Positions 1 through 11,900 of a DNA stretch of 64,000 bases are shown in pieces. The position numbers and the translations under genes are program-made. Location of the stretch: the NCBI GenBank assembly GCA_038230375.1, contig JBBRNJ010000004.1, positions 96,001 to 160,000 on the forward strand, read 5' to 3'. This stretch comes from Polyangiales bacterium (GTDB taxonomy: Bacteria > Myxococcota_A > Polyangia > Polyangiales > Polyangiaceae). The notes under the pieces were generated by a model, which made no database searches, was not told the origin of the DNA, and worked only from the letters and a program-made list of their open reading frames with translations. Position 1 is the first letter of the stretch, and the number at the start of each line of letters is the position of its first letter.

Positions 1-312
1 GGCGCCGTCCATCAAGGAAACGCATGTAGCGTCGAGGCATGCGAGACCCGCGTTGCACGTTGCGTTCGGGTAGCACCCACCACCCATTGCGCCCTGCGCG
101 GCGCCGCTGTCCGGTGAAGGCGCCGGTCCGTGGTCGTCGCCCGTGATCGAGTACACGGCGCTGCAGCTCGAGACCGAGACGAGCGTCGTGGCAGCGGCGA
201 GGCGTGCGAACGCCAGGAGAGAGCAACGCGCGAGCCTGCGAACCACGAAACGAGCATAGCGCACGCGCCCCGCCGGAGCGAGATCCGGTGGGAAGACAGG
301 CGCGCGCGATGA

Positions 313-1074
313 TCAGCCCTTGCTGCGATGGAGGACGTTCCCGACGAAGAACGGGCCCATCTTGGCGATGAACTCGCGCGTCTGGCGCGTCTTGCGCATG
401 GCCTGGACCAGGTGCGAGAGCGGGTGGAGGTCCTTGCCGACCAGGCCGATCACGAACTCGTTGTCCTCTGCGTCCAGTCCGTGGCACGCAAGGCGAATGT
501 CGTGCGCTGCCTCGATCGCGCCGTACCCCATGCCCAGCGCAGCGTGCTCGCGCAGGATGTGGCTCTGATCGATCGGCTCCAGCATGGCGAAGGAGCCGGT
601 GCGGCGCAGCGGATACCAGACGTGCCAGCCGTAGAGCGCGTTCATCACGTTGTCGATCGGACGCTGCAGCATCACGTACGCCAGGTCCGGCTCGTGCCCG
701 GTGGAGTACGCGCGGCCGATCATGTTGAACGCGGGGCGGTGGTCCACGTCATCCAGCTTGCCGTGCGCGAAGAGCGGGCGGACCGCGTTGACAAAGTGCG
801 CGGGGTCGTCGCTCCAGGTGAGCAGGCCCAGGCCGCGCGGTGACATGGTGTCTGCATAGACCACGCCCGCAATGCGGCGCTCCTCGAGCAATGCGCCGGT
901 CGCCATGCCGATCGCGTTCGCGTCCTTGCCCTTGGGGACATCGAACACGAGCAGCTGCATGAACAGCCGCCGGTTCATCTTCTGGCGCTCACCGTCCTTC
1001 TTGCCGCCGTATTCGTGGAGGTCAACCTCGGGCAGACCCTTGGCTTCAGTTTGCGGCGCTTGCGGCTGAGTCAC
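313..1074 (-). CDS. Chlorite dismutase/coproheme decarboxylase (Cld/ChdC-HemQ) family heme protein
   Basis: WYPLRR motif (ChdC-type Y-P-x-x-R), proximal His in REHAALG, and IRLACHGLD..NEFVIG. GTG start preceded by an AGGAGGT RBS (1081-1087 on the minus strand). Confidence 0.8.
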   Translation of the reverse strand: MTQPQAPQTEAKGLPEVDLHEYGGKKDGERQKMNRRLFMQLLVFDVPKGKDANAIGMATGALLEERRIAGVVYADTMSPRGLGLLTWSDDPAHFVNAVRPLFAHGKLDDVDHRPAFNMIGRAYSTGHEPDLAYVMLQRPIDNVMNALYGWHVWYPLRRTGSFAMLEPIDQSHILREHAALGMGYGAIEAAHDIRLACHGLDAEDNEFVIGLVGKDLHPLSHLVQAMRKTRQTREFIAKMGPFFVGNVLHRSKG

Positions 1075-1153
1075 GTCGGAACCTCCTTCGGATGGAACAC
1101 GCGGGCGCGTTCCAACCTTGTATTACCACGGCATCGTGGCAGTCTGCGGGCCA

Positions 1154-1927
1154 ATGCGGAGAGCGCTCACGTTCCCTCTTCTGTGCCTTTCACTGGGCGT
1201 GCTGTGCGCGGGTTGCTTCAACGACGCGGATTTCTCGGTGAAGAGCTCGGCCGACTTCACGCCGCTGTCCGAGTTCTCCGTATCCGTGGTGGGCGTCTTC
1301 AAGGACGGCATGATGAGCTCCGAGGCGTGGGACGCGCTCTCCACCAACATCTCCCCCGCCCTGCACGGCAAGAGCTGTGATGTCGCGTATGGCGACGCAC
1401 ACATGAAGAAGGTGCTGCCTCTGGCGCAGGCCATGGAGGAGTACACGCGGGACAACGGGATCACAGATGATCTCTTCGGCGTGCTCGCGCCCGCGGCCAC
1501 CGGCGACGTTGTCCTGATGATCACCGTGGCCGGGCACGCGCAGAAGCCCACCAGCGCGAGCGACGTGCTGCCCTCGTCGCTGGCCCGCGGCCCCAACGCG
1601 AGCCCGTCGCCCGCCCCCATCCGTGGCTCGCTCACGCCCGCGCCGCGCGGCTCACGCGCCGAGAAGAAATCGCGCGGAGGGCTCGAGATGTCCGCGTCTT
1701 TCTTCTCGCGGAAGACCGGCCATGGCGTGGCCCTGGTCTCCATGCTCTACACCGGCACGAGCGACGAAGAGGGAATCGCGCTCTTCGCGAAGAAGGTGTC
1801 CGCGTTCGTGCCGAACGCCACGTGCGCGCCATGGAAGCCCGACACGGAGGCCATGCCCACGCCGGAGCAGATCCGTGGCCTTGTGGTTCGCGTCGAGGAT
1901 CAGGAAGCGCCGCGCCCCCAACCATAG
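1154..1927 (+). CDS. Hypothetical lipoprotein
   Basis: MRRALTFPLLCLSLGVLCAGC signal peptide with lipobox; high-GC3 codon usage; ATG at 1154 chosen over the upstream TTG. Confidence 0.7.
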   Translation: MRRALTFPLLCLSLGVLCAGCFNDADFSVKSSADFTPLSEFSVSVVGVFKDGMMSSEAWDALSTNISPALHGKSCDVAYGDAHMKKVLPLAQAMEEYTRDNGITDDLFGVLAPAATGDVVLMITVAGHAQKPTSASDVLPSSLARGPNASPSPAPIRGSLTPAPRGSRAEKKSRGGLEMSASFFSRKTGHGVALVSMLYTGTSDEEGIALFAKKVSAFVPNATCAPWKPDTEAMPTPEQIRGLVVRVEDQEAPRPQP

Positions 1928-1934
1928 CCGCGCC

Positions 1935-2852
1935 TCAGGGACACGCTGTGGTGTCGATCACGAACGCGGGGTCCACGAGATCCTTCGAGACGTCACCGGC
2001 ACCGCCAAACTTCCCGGGCTTCCACGGATCCACGTGCATGAGCGCGGCCTGCTTCCAGCCGTTCGCCGACGTCACGAAGCCATCGGTCGTGAGATCGTGC
2101 ACGAGCGGATGTCCCGGCTCGCCAGCATTCACACGCGGCGTGGAGCCGCTGGTGGTCGCCACTGCGCAACCACCAAAGTCGCAGACGACGCTGCCGCTGC
2201 ACGTGTTGAGGTCGGCGTAGTTGCCATGCTTGTCGACCGACGAGAACACCACCGGGTATGCAGCGCCGCCCTGCATCGCCGTCTGACACGCGCTCATCCC
2301 CTTGCACGCGCCGCACGTGGTGTCGTGCTCGCAGGGCGTCCCCTGGTGCGAGATACCGCGCACGGCAAGGATGCCTGCTGGCGCCGGTACGTGCGGATCG
2401 ATCACCACGCCGAACGTCTCGTCGTCCCCTGGATGGCCGCTCGCGCCGCAGTCCTCATCGTAGAGAACGTCGACCCAGAGCATGACGCGACCAGGCTCCT
2501 TCGGATGAGGCGAGAGGCGATAGAGGAGCCCGTGCGTCGGACACTTGTCATTCGGATGGATCGAGACGAAGGGCATGTACTCCGCAGCAAGCCTCTCCTC
2601 CACAGCGTCGGCAATGCCATCACCATCGGAGTCGACGCCGCCAGCGGCCGGCGATGCATCCTTCTCTTGCGGCGCGACAAAAGCCGGCGTGGGCGACGCG
2701 TCGGGGGCGTCGGCCGCGGGTGACGTCCCGGAGGTGCTGGTGGTGTTCGTGGGGCTCGAAATCGCATCTCCACCACCTCCGCACGCAGCGCCGACCAGGA
2801 GAAGCCCCGCAGCCACGGTCACGCAAACCCCGCCCCGATAGTATTTGCCCAT
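1935..2852 (-). CDS. Cys-rich secreted lipoprotein of unknown function
   Basis: Lipobox LLVGAAC, Ser/Thr/Pro linker, DSDGDGIAD Ca-binding-like motif, many Cys, and H/D/E motifs (GHPGDDE, SHQG, KHGNY). Confidence 0.7.
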   Translation of the reverse strand: MGKYYRGGVCVTVAAGLLLVGAACGGGGDAISSPTNTTSTSGTSPAADAPDASPTPAFVAPQEKDASPAAGGVDSDGDGIADAVEERLAAEYMPFVSIHPNDKCPTHGLLYRLSPHPKEPGRVMLWVDVLYDEDCGASGHPGDDETFGVVIDPHVPAPAGILAVRGISHQGTPCEHDTTCGACKGMSACQTAMQGGAAYPVVFSSVDKHGNYADLNTCSGSVVCDFGGCAVATTSGSTPRVNAGEPGHPLVHDLTTDGFVTSANGWKQAALMHVDPWKPGKFGGAGDVSKDLVDPAFVIDTTACP

Positions 2853-2961
2853 CGGCGGCAAATACTGACCCCGACGCGGCCGCAGCGCAAGAACATCGAC
2901 GTCTCTTTGCCGAAATCACATCCCGCCCCAGGGAAACAGCGTCGAATCGGGCGCGGCTGTC

Positions 2962-5900
2962 TCAGACGCTGGCCAGGCTCCAGACCTCTTCTGGCGTGAC
3001 GGTCCCCCAGGTGAAGCCGATGCGGCGGAGCAGGAGCTCCGTGCGCTCGTTGAGCGTGACGGCCTCGGTGGAGGCCTCTCGCTCGAGGAGTCCGTCGTGC
3101 AAGAGGATCGCGGTGGCCGCCTGCGCAACGTCGCGGTCGCCAAGGCGCTCCGCCAGCAGCTCGAAGAAGTCCGGGTCCTCCATGGCGCGGCAGCGCTTGC
3201 CCGCGGCGATCAGGCTGCGCGCCTGTGTCTCGTCCAGGAAGCGCTCCAGGTGGTGCGTCTCGCTCGCGAGCGCGCCGCGACGGAACAGCTGCGTGATCGC
3301 GTCGCTCACCTTGTTGACCGGGCAGAACGAGTGGATGAGCGCGCCGATGGGGATGACGCCCAGGGTCACGTAGCTCTTCAGCTGCTGCACGAAGCCGCTG
3401 TCATCCGCGTTCTCCTGGAACGTGAGCGTCTCCGTGTCGGGCGTGAGGAAGCCCACGCGGAAGATGTTCGCGCGGTGCCCGGAGTCTCGCAGGGCGATCA
3501 CTGCCTTCTCTGCGAGCAGCTTGGTGCGACAGTAGTGGTTGGGCGTGACCTGCCCGATGTCGCACGAGAGCTCGGTGAAGAGCGCGCGCTCCGTGTTCGG
3601 GATGTCACCAGCGCCCACCGATGTCGTGGAGACCAGGTTGAACGGCGCGGACGCGAGGCGCGCGAGGGCGATCAGGTTCTCTGTCGCGGTCACGTTCGCG
3701 GCGACGAAGGTGGAGTAGTCGCCGTAGTGCTTTGTCAGCGCGGCCGAGTGAATCACGCAATCGATCGTGCGAGCGAGGCCATCGCGCACCGAGGGGTCCA
3801 TGCCCAGGTCAGGCTGCGACAGGTCCGACAGGACGAGGATCACGCGACGTCGGACGGCGTTGAGCGCGCCGACACCAAAGTAGTGCTCCGCGCGGGCCTG
3901 CAGGCGATCCCAGGCCTCCTTGCGGGTGCGTGCGCGCATGGTCACGTGGATCTTGGCGTCGGTGCGCGCCAGGAGATCGCGCAGGAGGTAACTTCCAAGA
4001 AAGCCGGTCGCTCCGGTGAGCAAGATGTTCCGGTAGACGTCCTCGTGGCCCAGGGGCGACGCCTCGTAGGTGCGCACCTTCTGGCGGTACGCCTCGACGT
4101 CTCGGATCATGTCCGGGTGCGTGAGGGGATCCGGGGGCGCGTCCTCGCGCATGCTCTTCGCCAGGCCAAGGAGTCGGCCGCGGAGGTCCCCGCGCTGCAT
4201 GGGGATCTCGCGTGCGATCTCGCGCGGCGTGCGAAGACGGAAGAGATCGTTCGCGGTGATCTTGAAGTCCGCGGCGAGCACCGTGACAACAGCGACTGCC
4301 TTCATGGAGTTGCCGCCAAAGTCGAAGAAATCATCCGTGACGCCGAAGTCCGTGCGACCGATCGCGCGTGAGAGCGCCTCCAGCACGCGCGCCTCTGCAA
4401 GGCTCTCCGGCTGGACGATGCTCCGCAATGCACGTGAGAGCTCGGGCTCCGGCAGTCGCTTCTTGTCGACCTTGCCGCTGGTGGAGAGCGGGATCTCGTG
4501 CAGGCGCACCAGCGCCGTGGGGAGCATGTAGTCGGGCACGCGTCGCGCCAGGCCCTCGCGGAGCTGCAGGTCGGTCACGTCGGGAGCGGCCACGTAGTAG
4601 CCGACCAGGATCTTGTCTCCAGCGGCGTCGGGTCGGTCGATGACGACGGCACTTGCAATCCCGGGCAGCTCCAGCATCGCGTGCTCGATCTCGCCGAGCT
4701 CGATACGGTAGCCGCGGATCTTCACCTGGCTGTCGATGCGGCCAAGGAACTCGATGCTCCCGTTCGGTAACCAGCGCCCCAGATCACCTGTATGATACAT
4801 GCGTCCCTGGGCGAGCGGATGCTCCACGAACTTCTTCGCCGTGAGCTCGGGACTGCCAAGGTAGCCGCGCGCCATGCCCTTGCCCGCAAGGCAGATCTCG
4901 CCCGCGATGCCAGGCGGGCATGGCTCGCCGGTGGGCTCCAGGATGAGGACGCGCGCGTTCGCGTTCGGCTTGCCGATGGGAATGTTGTCCGAGGCAGCGG
5001 TGACGACCTCGGTCGTCGCGGAGACGGTGAACTCCGTCGGGCCGTACTCGTTCGCCAGCTTGAAGGTCTGCGGGTGGAACCTGCGCAGCTTGTCCCCACC
5101 AACGACCAGCCAGCGGAGCGGCGTGTCGCGGGGCTCGAGCATGAGCTCCTCCGCCAGTGGCGTGGGAAGGTCCATGTACGTGATGCGTTCGCGCTTCGTC
5201 CAGGCGATGATCTCCACGGGCGCCAGCCGGATGTCGTCCGGGATCATGTGCAGCTCCGCGCCCACGGACAGCGCCGGGAACGTCTCGCCGATCGACGCAT
5301 CGAAGCCGATGCCAGCGTACTTGGAGCAGTGATCGTGCTCCGTGAGGCCGTAGAAATCCACGCACCGCTGGATGTACGGGACCATGGACGTGTGCTCGAT
5401 CGCAACGCCCTTCGGTCGCCCGGTGGAGCCGGACGTATAGATCACGTACGCCAGGTTCCCGAGATCGCCTGGCGTCACGGGGAGCGCGTCGTTGCCTTCC
5501 GCGAACAGCGCGACGTCGAGCGTGAGACGACGTCCAGGCCAGTCAAGCTCCCGATCGAGCAAAGGCGCCGAGAGCAGGACCTTCGCCGCGCTGTCGCGGA
5601 GCGTGTACTCGATGCGCTCGAGCGGGTAGCGATGATCGAGCGGTACGAACGCGCCGCCTGCCTTCATCACGGCCAGCTCGGCGATGAAGAGCTCCGGGCA
5701 CGGCGGCGCCAGGATGCCCACGATGTCGCCCTTGCCGACGCCCATGGCCTGCAGCCGGTGCGCGAGGCGGTTCGCCATGCGCGCGACCTCCTCGTACGTG
5801 AACGACGTGGCGCCGGACACCAGCGCGCGATGGGCGGGAAAGCGCGCGGCCGCGGCGTCGAAGAGCTGATGTGCGAACGTCACCTCCGGGAAGTCACGCG

Positions 5901-8900
5901 CGGTCTGGTTCCATGTGGAGACGACCAGGACCTGGTCTTCCGGCGTGAGGATGCGAAGCGACTCCGTGGGCGCGTCCGGCCGCTTGACGATGTCAGCGAG
6001 GAGCTCCGTCATGCATGCGAGCCAGCGCTGGATGGTGGTCTCGTCGTACAGCGCGGTCCGGTACTCGAACGACAGCGTCAGACCATTGGGCGCCTCGTCC
6101 GCCGAGAACGAGAGATCGAACTTGGACGTCTCGTTCGTCACGGCGATCGGGGCGAGCATGGACTCCGCCTGGTCTGCGCGCTCATCCACGTTTTGCAGTG
6201 AGAACATGACGTCGAAGAGCGCGTTGTGGCCCGCGCGGCGGCGCTCGCCCAGGAGCTCCACCAGGTCACCGAACGGGTAGGCCTGGTTGTCGATGGCGTT
6301 GACCGAGCGCGCGGATACCTCGTGGCAGAGCGACATGAACGGCCGTTTGGGATCGACGTCGCACGTGAGCACCAGGGTGTTCACGAACATGCCGAACACG
6401 TCCTGCATGTCCGGGTGGAAACGTCCGCTCACCGGCGTACCAAGAATGATCTCCTCCTGGCGGCCGACGCGCGCAAGGAACACGTCGAACGCAGTGAGCA
6501 GAAGGGAAAATAGCGACACGCCGTGGGCCTGACAGAGCGCGCGCAGGCCGTTCAGCGTGGCCTGCGGCAGCTCCGTGGACAGCGTCTTTCCCTCGAGCGT
6601 GAGCTCTCTCGGGCGCGGATGATCCGCGGGGAGATCCAGCGTTGGAACGCCATCCTTGAAGGCCTGCTGCCAGTGCTCTTTTTGCCGCGTGAGGAGCGCC
6701 CGGTACGCCACCGTCTGCTCCCACGCGGCGCAGTCGCGCAGGCTGCGACCGAGCGGCGGCAGGCGCTGACCACTCAGCAGCTTGGCGAGCTCGTCCATGA
6801 ACTGGCTCATGGAGCCGCCGTCCGACACGATGTGGTGCATGTCGAAGAAGAGGTATGCGGCGTTCTCCGTCGTCACGTAGGTAGCGCGCGCAAGCGGCCC
6901 CTCGCCAAGATCGAACGGCAGGACCAGGCCGGCCACGGCGAGATCGCGCTCGGCCTCGGTCGTCACGAGCTCCGCGAGCGGAAGCTCAGTCCGGCTGTCC
7001 GTGCGCATCATGAGGACGTCGGCATCCAGGAAGAACGAGGACCGGAACGCGTCGTGTCTATCCGTCAGCGTGGCAAGGGCCGACGCGAGCGACTCCTTCG
7101 CGATCCCCTTCTGGACGGCGAACAGCGTGGCCAGGTTGTAGGCCACGCTACCCTTGTCGATCTGTTGCATCAGGTACATGCGCTTCTGCACGGACGACGC
7201 GGGGATCGCGCCAACGTGAATGCAGCGATCGATGCTGCTCGTGAGGCCATCTCCGGTGCTCTCTCCGATCTTCGCGCTCAGCGCGCGCACGGTGGGATGT
7301 CGGAAGATGTCGCTGACCTTCAGCTCCGTCCTGAGCTCCTTCCAGATCTCGCTGACCAGCGCGATCGCCTTCAATGAGTGACCGCCCAGATCGGTGAAGC
7401 TGGTCGTGACGCCCATGGCGCCCGGCGCGGCGCCCAGGACCTTGGCCCAGATCTGGAGGAGCGTGTGCTCCGTGGCGTTCGCGGCGGGCACAAGGGACAG
7501 CGCAGCCGCTCGCTCGACTTCGGGGAGGGCCTTCTTGTCCACCTTGCCGTTCGGCGTCACGGGGAGCGCGTCCAGCGCGCAGAACTGCGCCGGTATCATG
7601 TACTCGGGCAGGTTCCTGAGCATCTCTGCGCGCACCAGCGGAAGATCCAGCACGGTCTTCGGCACCACGTACGCGACCAGGTACGTCGCCCCCGAAGAAT
7701 CCGTCCGCGGGACCACGACGGCGTCCTCGATGCTGGGAGACGCGAGCAGGGTCTGCTCGACCTCGCCGAGCTCGATGCGGAAGCCGCGCACCTTCACCTG
7801 CGCGTCCATTCGGCCGAGGTATTCCAGATTGCCGTCGGGCAACCATCGGGCGAGGTCGCCCGTGCGGTACATGCGCTCGCCCGTCGACGATGGCGAGAAC
7901 GCGTGCGCGACAAACTTCTCTGCGGTGAGCTCGGGCCGATTCAGGTACCCACGGCCGATGCTCTTGCCGGCGACACACAGCTCCCCCGCCACACCCAGCG
8001 GGCAGATGCGATCGTGCGCGTCCAGTATGAAGATCTCCGAGTTCCAGACCGGCTTGCCGATGGGAATGTTCTCGTAGGCCCTGTCCACCGTGAAGGCCGA
8101 CGTCACCACGGTGTACTCCGTGGGGCCGTACGTGTTCACGATCGCGCAGCGATCCGTCGGATGGCTTCGGAGCTTCTCGCCTCCCAGGAACGCGGCGCGC
8201 AGGGAGTGCTTCGTCGCCTGGCGCAGGAACTGCTCGCCGAACTGCGTGGGCAGAAAGGCGATCGTGACCTTGTTCGTCGCCAGGTAGTCGTCCAGCCCCT
8301 CGATCGTGAGCCGGACGTCCTTGGGAATGATCACGAGTCGCGCACCGGAGATGATCGTGGGGAAAAGCTCCGAGATGCTCGCGTCGAAGCTGAATCCCGC
8401 GTACCTGGTGACGCCGTCGTTCTGGTTGATACCGAAGTAGTCCGCGTGCCAGGCGGAGAAGTTCATGAGCGCGCGATGCTCGATGACGACGCCCTTCGGC
8501 CTTCCGGTGGAGCCCGACGTGTAGATCACATACGCGGCGTCCGAGCCCTCCTGGACGACCCCGGGATTGTTGTCGTGGCGCTCGGTCGCCTCCACCGTGG
8601 TGACGTCGAGCCGCGGCCCATCCCAGCTCACGCCGGTCAAGAGATCCGGCCTGGAGAGCAGCGCCAGCGCCCCGCTGTCGGAGAGCATGTACTCCTGTCG
8701 CCCGGCGGGATACTCCGCGTCGATGGGCAGGAACGCAGCGCCTGTCTTGAGCACGCCGAGCACGGCGGGCAGCTGCTCCGCGCACGGATCAAGGAGGAGC
8801 GCCACGACCGCGCCCCGCCCAACGCCGTGTCCAACGAGCCACTCGGCGATGGCGTTCGCGCGGCGGTTCACCTCCGCGTACGAGTAGACGGAGCGCTCGA

Positions 8901-11900
8901 ACACCAGTGCGGGCGCGTTGGGTGTATTCTGCACCCATTGTTCGAACATGTGATGCGCAGCGATGGCATCCGGAAGCGCGTGAGCGGTGGCGTTGAAGGT
9001 CGTCACGAGCTGGAGCTTCTCGGCGGGCGTCATCACCTCCAATGTGGCGAGCGGCTGCTCCGGATCTGCGATCACATTGCGAAGCAGCGTGCAGAAGCCC
9101 TGGGCCAGGCGCTCCACAGTGGCGCGCGTGAAGAGCTCCGTCGGGTATTCGAACGCCAGCTCGAGCCCCTCTGCCGACTCCGTTGCCGAGAGCACCAGGT
9201 CCGTCTTCGCCGTGTGGTGGGTGAACTCGGTCGCGTGCAGCTTCACCTTGCCGGCATCCACCACGGAGCCCTCGCGCGCCTGGTAGGCGAACATGACGTC
9301 GAACAGGGGATTGCTCCGCTGCGCGCCCGCCTTCGTGCCCAGCTCGGCGAGCAGATCCTCCAGCTGGTACTCCTCGCGCGAGAGGAGCTCGAGAGAGATC
9401 TCCTTGCTGCTGGCCAGAAACTCGAGGAACGAGCCCGTGGTGGGCACCTTCATGCGCCACGGGATCGTGTTCACGAACATCCCGACCACGTCTTGAAGAT
9501 CCGCGTGCACACGGCCCGACGTGGGCACGCCCACCACCACGTCGTCCACGCGTCCAATGCGCGAGAGGTAGTAGAGGAAGCTGGTGAGCAGCGTGATGAA
9601 GAGCGTCGCGTCCTTCTTCAGCGACAGCGCCGCCAGCGCGTCCTGCTCCGCCTTGGTCATCCGGACCACGACCAGATCGCCTTCGTCGTTGCGTACGGCG
9701 GGACGCCGGAAATCGAACGGGAGCTCCAGCTGCGGCGGCGGCGTCTCGAACAGCGCGAGCCAGAACGCGCGCTGCTCCGCGATGCGCTCGCGGCTCTCCG
9801 GGGTCTGCTGCCAGACGGCGAAGTCGGAGTAGTCGAGCGTGAGCTCCTTCAAAGGAGCGCCGCGGATGATCTCGCTCACCTCGTGGAAGAGGATCGCGGT
9901 GGAATAGCCGTCCACGACGATGTGGTGGAAGTCCACGACCAGGAGCGATGCGCCAGAGCTTCGCTGCACGAGCCACACACGCACCAGCGGCGGCTTGGCA
10001 AGGTCGAAGCGCTGCACCAGCTGCCTCATCACCACGTCCGTCGGGTCGTCGCTCTCGAAGATCTCGAGCGAGAAGCTCACCGTGGGGTGCACCTTGGCAA
10101 CGGGCTCGCCATCGACGATGTGGAACGTGGTCCGCAGCGCGGCATGTCGCGCGAAGAGCGCGCGGACGACCTCCTCCAGCCGCTCGCGGGTGACACGGCC
10201 CTCCACCTCGAAGACGGTGGGCATGTTGTAGGCGACGCTCTCGCGGTTCGCTTGCTGGATGGCGAACAGGCGGCGCTGCACCGACGACAGCGGGTAGTAC
10301 TCGCGCGCGCCTGCACGAGGAATTGGCTCGATCGTGACGTGATCCCGCTGCGCGACCAGCGCCGCCTGCCCGCGAATCGTGGGGTGATCGAAGATGTCCG
10401 CAGGGGTGAGGCGTACACCGAATGCCTGATGGATCCGCGTGATGAGCAGCATCAGGAGGAGCGAGTGCCCGCCAAGCTCGAAGAAGCTCTTACCAAGGGG
10501 AACGCGCGCCCGCGGCACGCGAAGGACATCCGACCAGATCTGGAGGAGCTGCTCCTCCGCGTCGGAGGCGGGCGCGTCTTTCTCGGTCGCCAGATCGAAC
10601 GCGGGCTCGGGCAGGCGCTTTCGATCTACCTTGCCGGACGTGAGCACTGGCAGCGCCGCCAGCGACACGACGGCATCCGGAACCATGTACGACGGCAGCG
10701 CTCGCGCAAGGAAGCTGCGCAGTTCAGCAGATGTCACTTCCTTGCGCGGGACCACGTACGCGCAGAGGCGCTTGTCGTCACCGTGAGGGAACACCACGAC
10801 GGCCGCCTCCACCACGTCAGGATGACGGAGCAGCGCCGCCTCGATTTCACCGAGCTCGATGCGGAAGCCGCGGATCTTGATCTGATTGTCCGCGCGGCCC
10901 AGGAAATCGATCGTGCCGTCGGCGGTCCAGCGCGCGATGTCACCGGTGCGATAGAGACGGTCGCCGTCGGCGAACGGGCTGGGAACGAAGCGCTCGCGTG
11001 TGAGCTCCTCGTTGTGAAGATAGCCGCGCGCCACGCCCTTGCCGCCGATGTACATCTCGCCCGGCACGCCCAGCGGCGCCAGGTTCCGGGTCCAGTCCAG
11101 GATGTAGATCTTCGTGTTCGCGACGGGGCGACCGACCGGCAGCCGCGAGAGCGCGAGGTCGTCCTTCGACACCTTGTGGCGGAGCGCCGTGATGGTGGTC
11201 TCCGTTGGGCCGTACTCGTTGTAGAAGGGCTGCGCGAGCGCCCAGCGTGCGGCGGTGGGAACGGGGCAGATGTCACCACCCACCACGATGCGGCGCAGCT
11301 TGAGCGGTGTCTTTGGCGTGAAGCCGGACAGGAAGAGCGGCACGGTGTCCACGTGGGTGACCTCGTGCTCGCGCACGAATGCCTCGAACGCGTCGTGATC
11401 CAGGAGCACCTCCTTGGACGGCACGACGAGCCGCGCGCCAGTGGCGAACGCCAGCCCCAGCTGCGCAACGGACGCGTCGAAGGTGATCGACGAGAAGAGG
11501 AGGATCCTGTCGTCCGGCCGCACCTTCAGCACGTCCTCCGACGTGGCGATGAAGTTCACGGCGTTGCGATGCTCGATCACGACGCCCTTCGGCTTGCCGG
11601 TGGAGCCCGACGTGTAGATGACGTAGGCGATGCTCTCCGGCAGTGCGCGCGATGGGAACGCGCCGGCATCGGGCTCGCTCACCGCGGCGGACAGCTCTTG
11701 CACCTTGGCGGGGTCCGCGCCGTAGGTCTCGCGATCGGTGAGGAGCGCGCGTGCACGGCTGTCCTCGATCATGAGAAGGGCACGATCGGCCGGCGCGTCG
11801 GGCTCGATGGGAAGATAGCCGGCGCCCGCGCGAAGAATGCCGATGATTGCAGGATACAGCCATCGTGTCCGCCCCACGGAAAGCGCCACCACGTCGCCAA

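Noticed and set aside
1..312. Short ORFs at the window start
   Set aside because: Low-complexity Arg/Ala-rich translations with no motif support.
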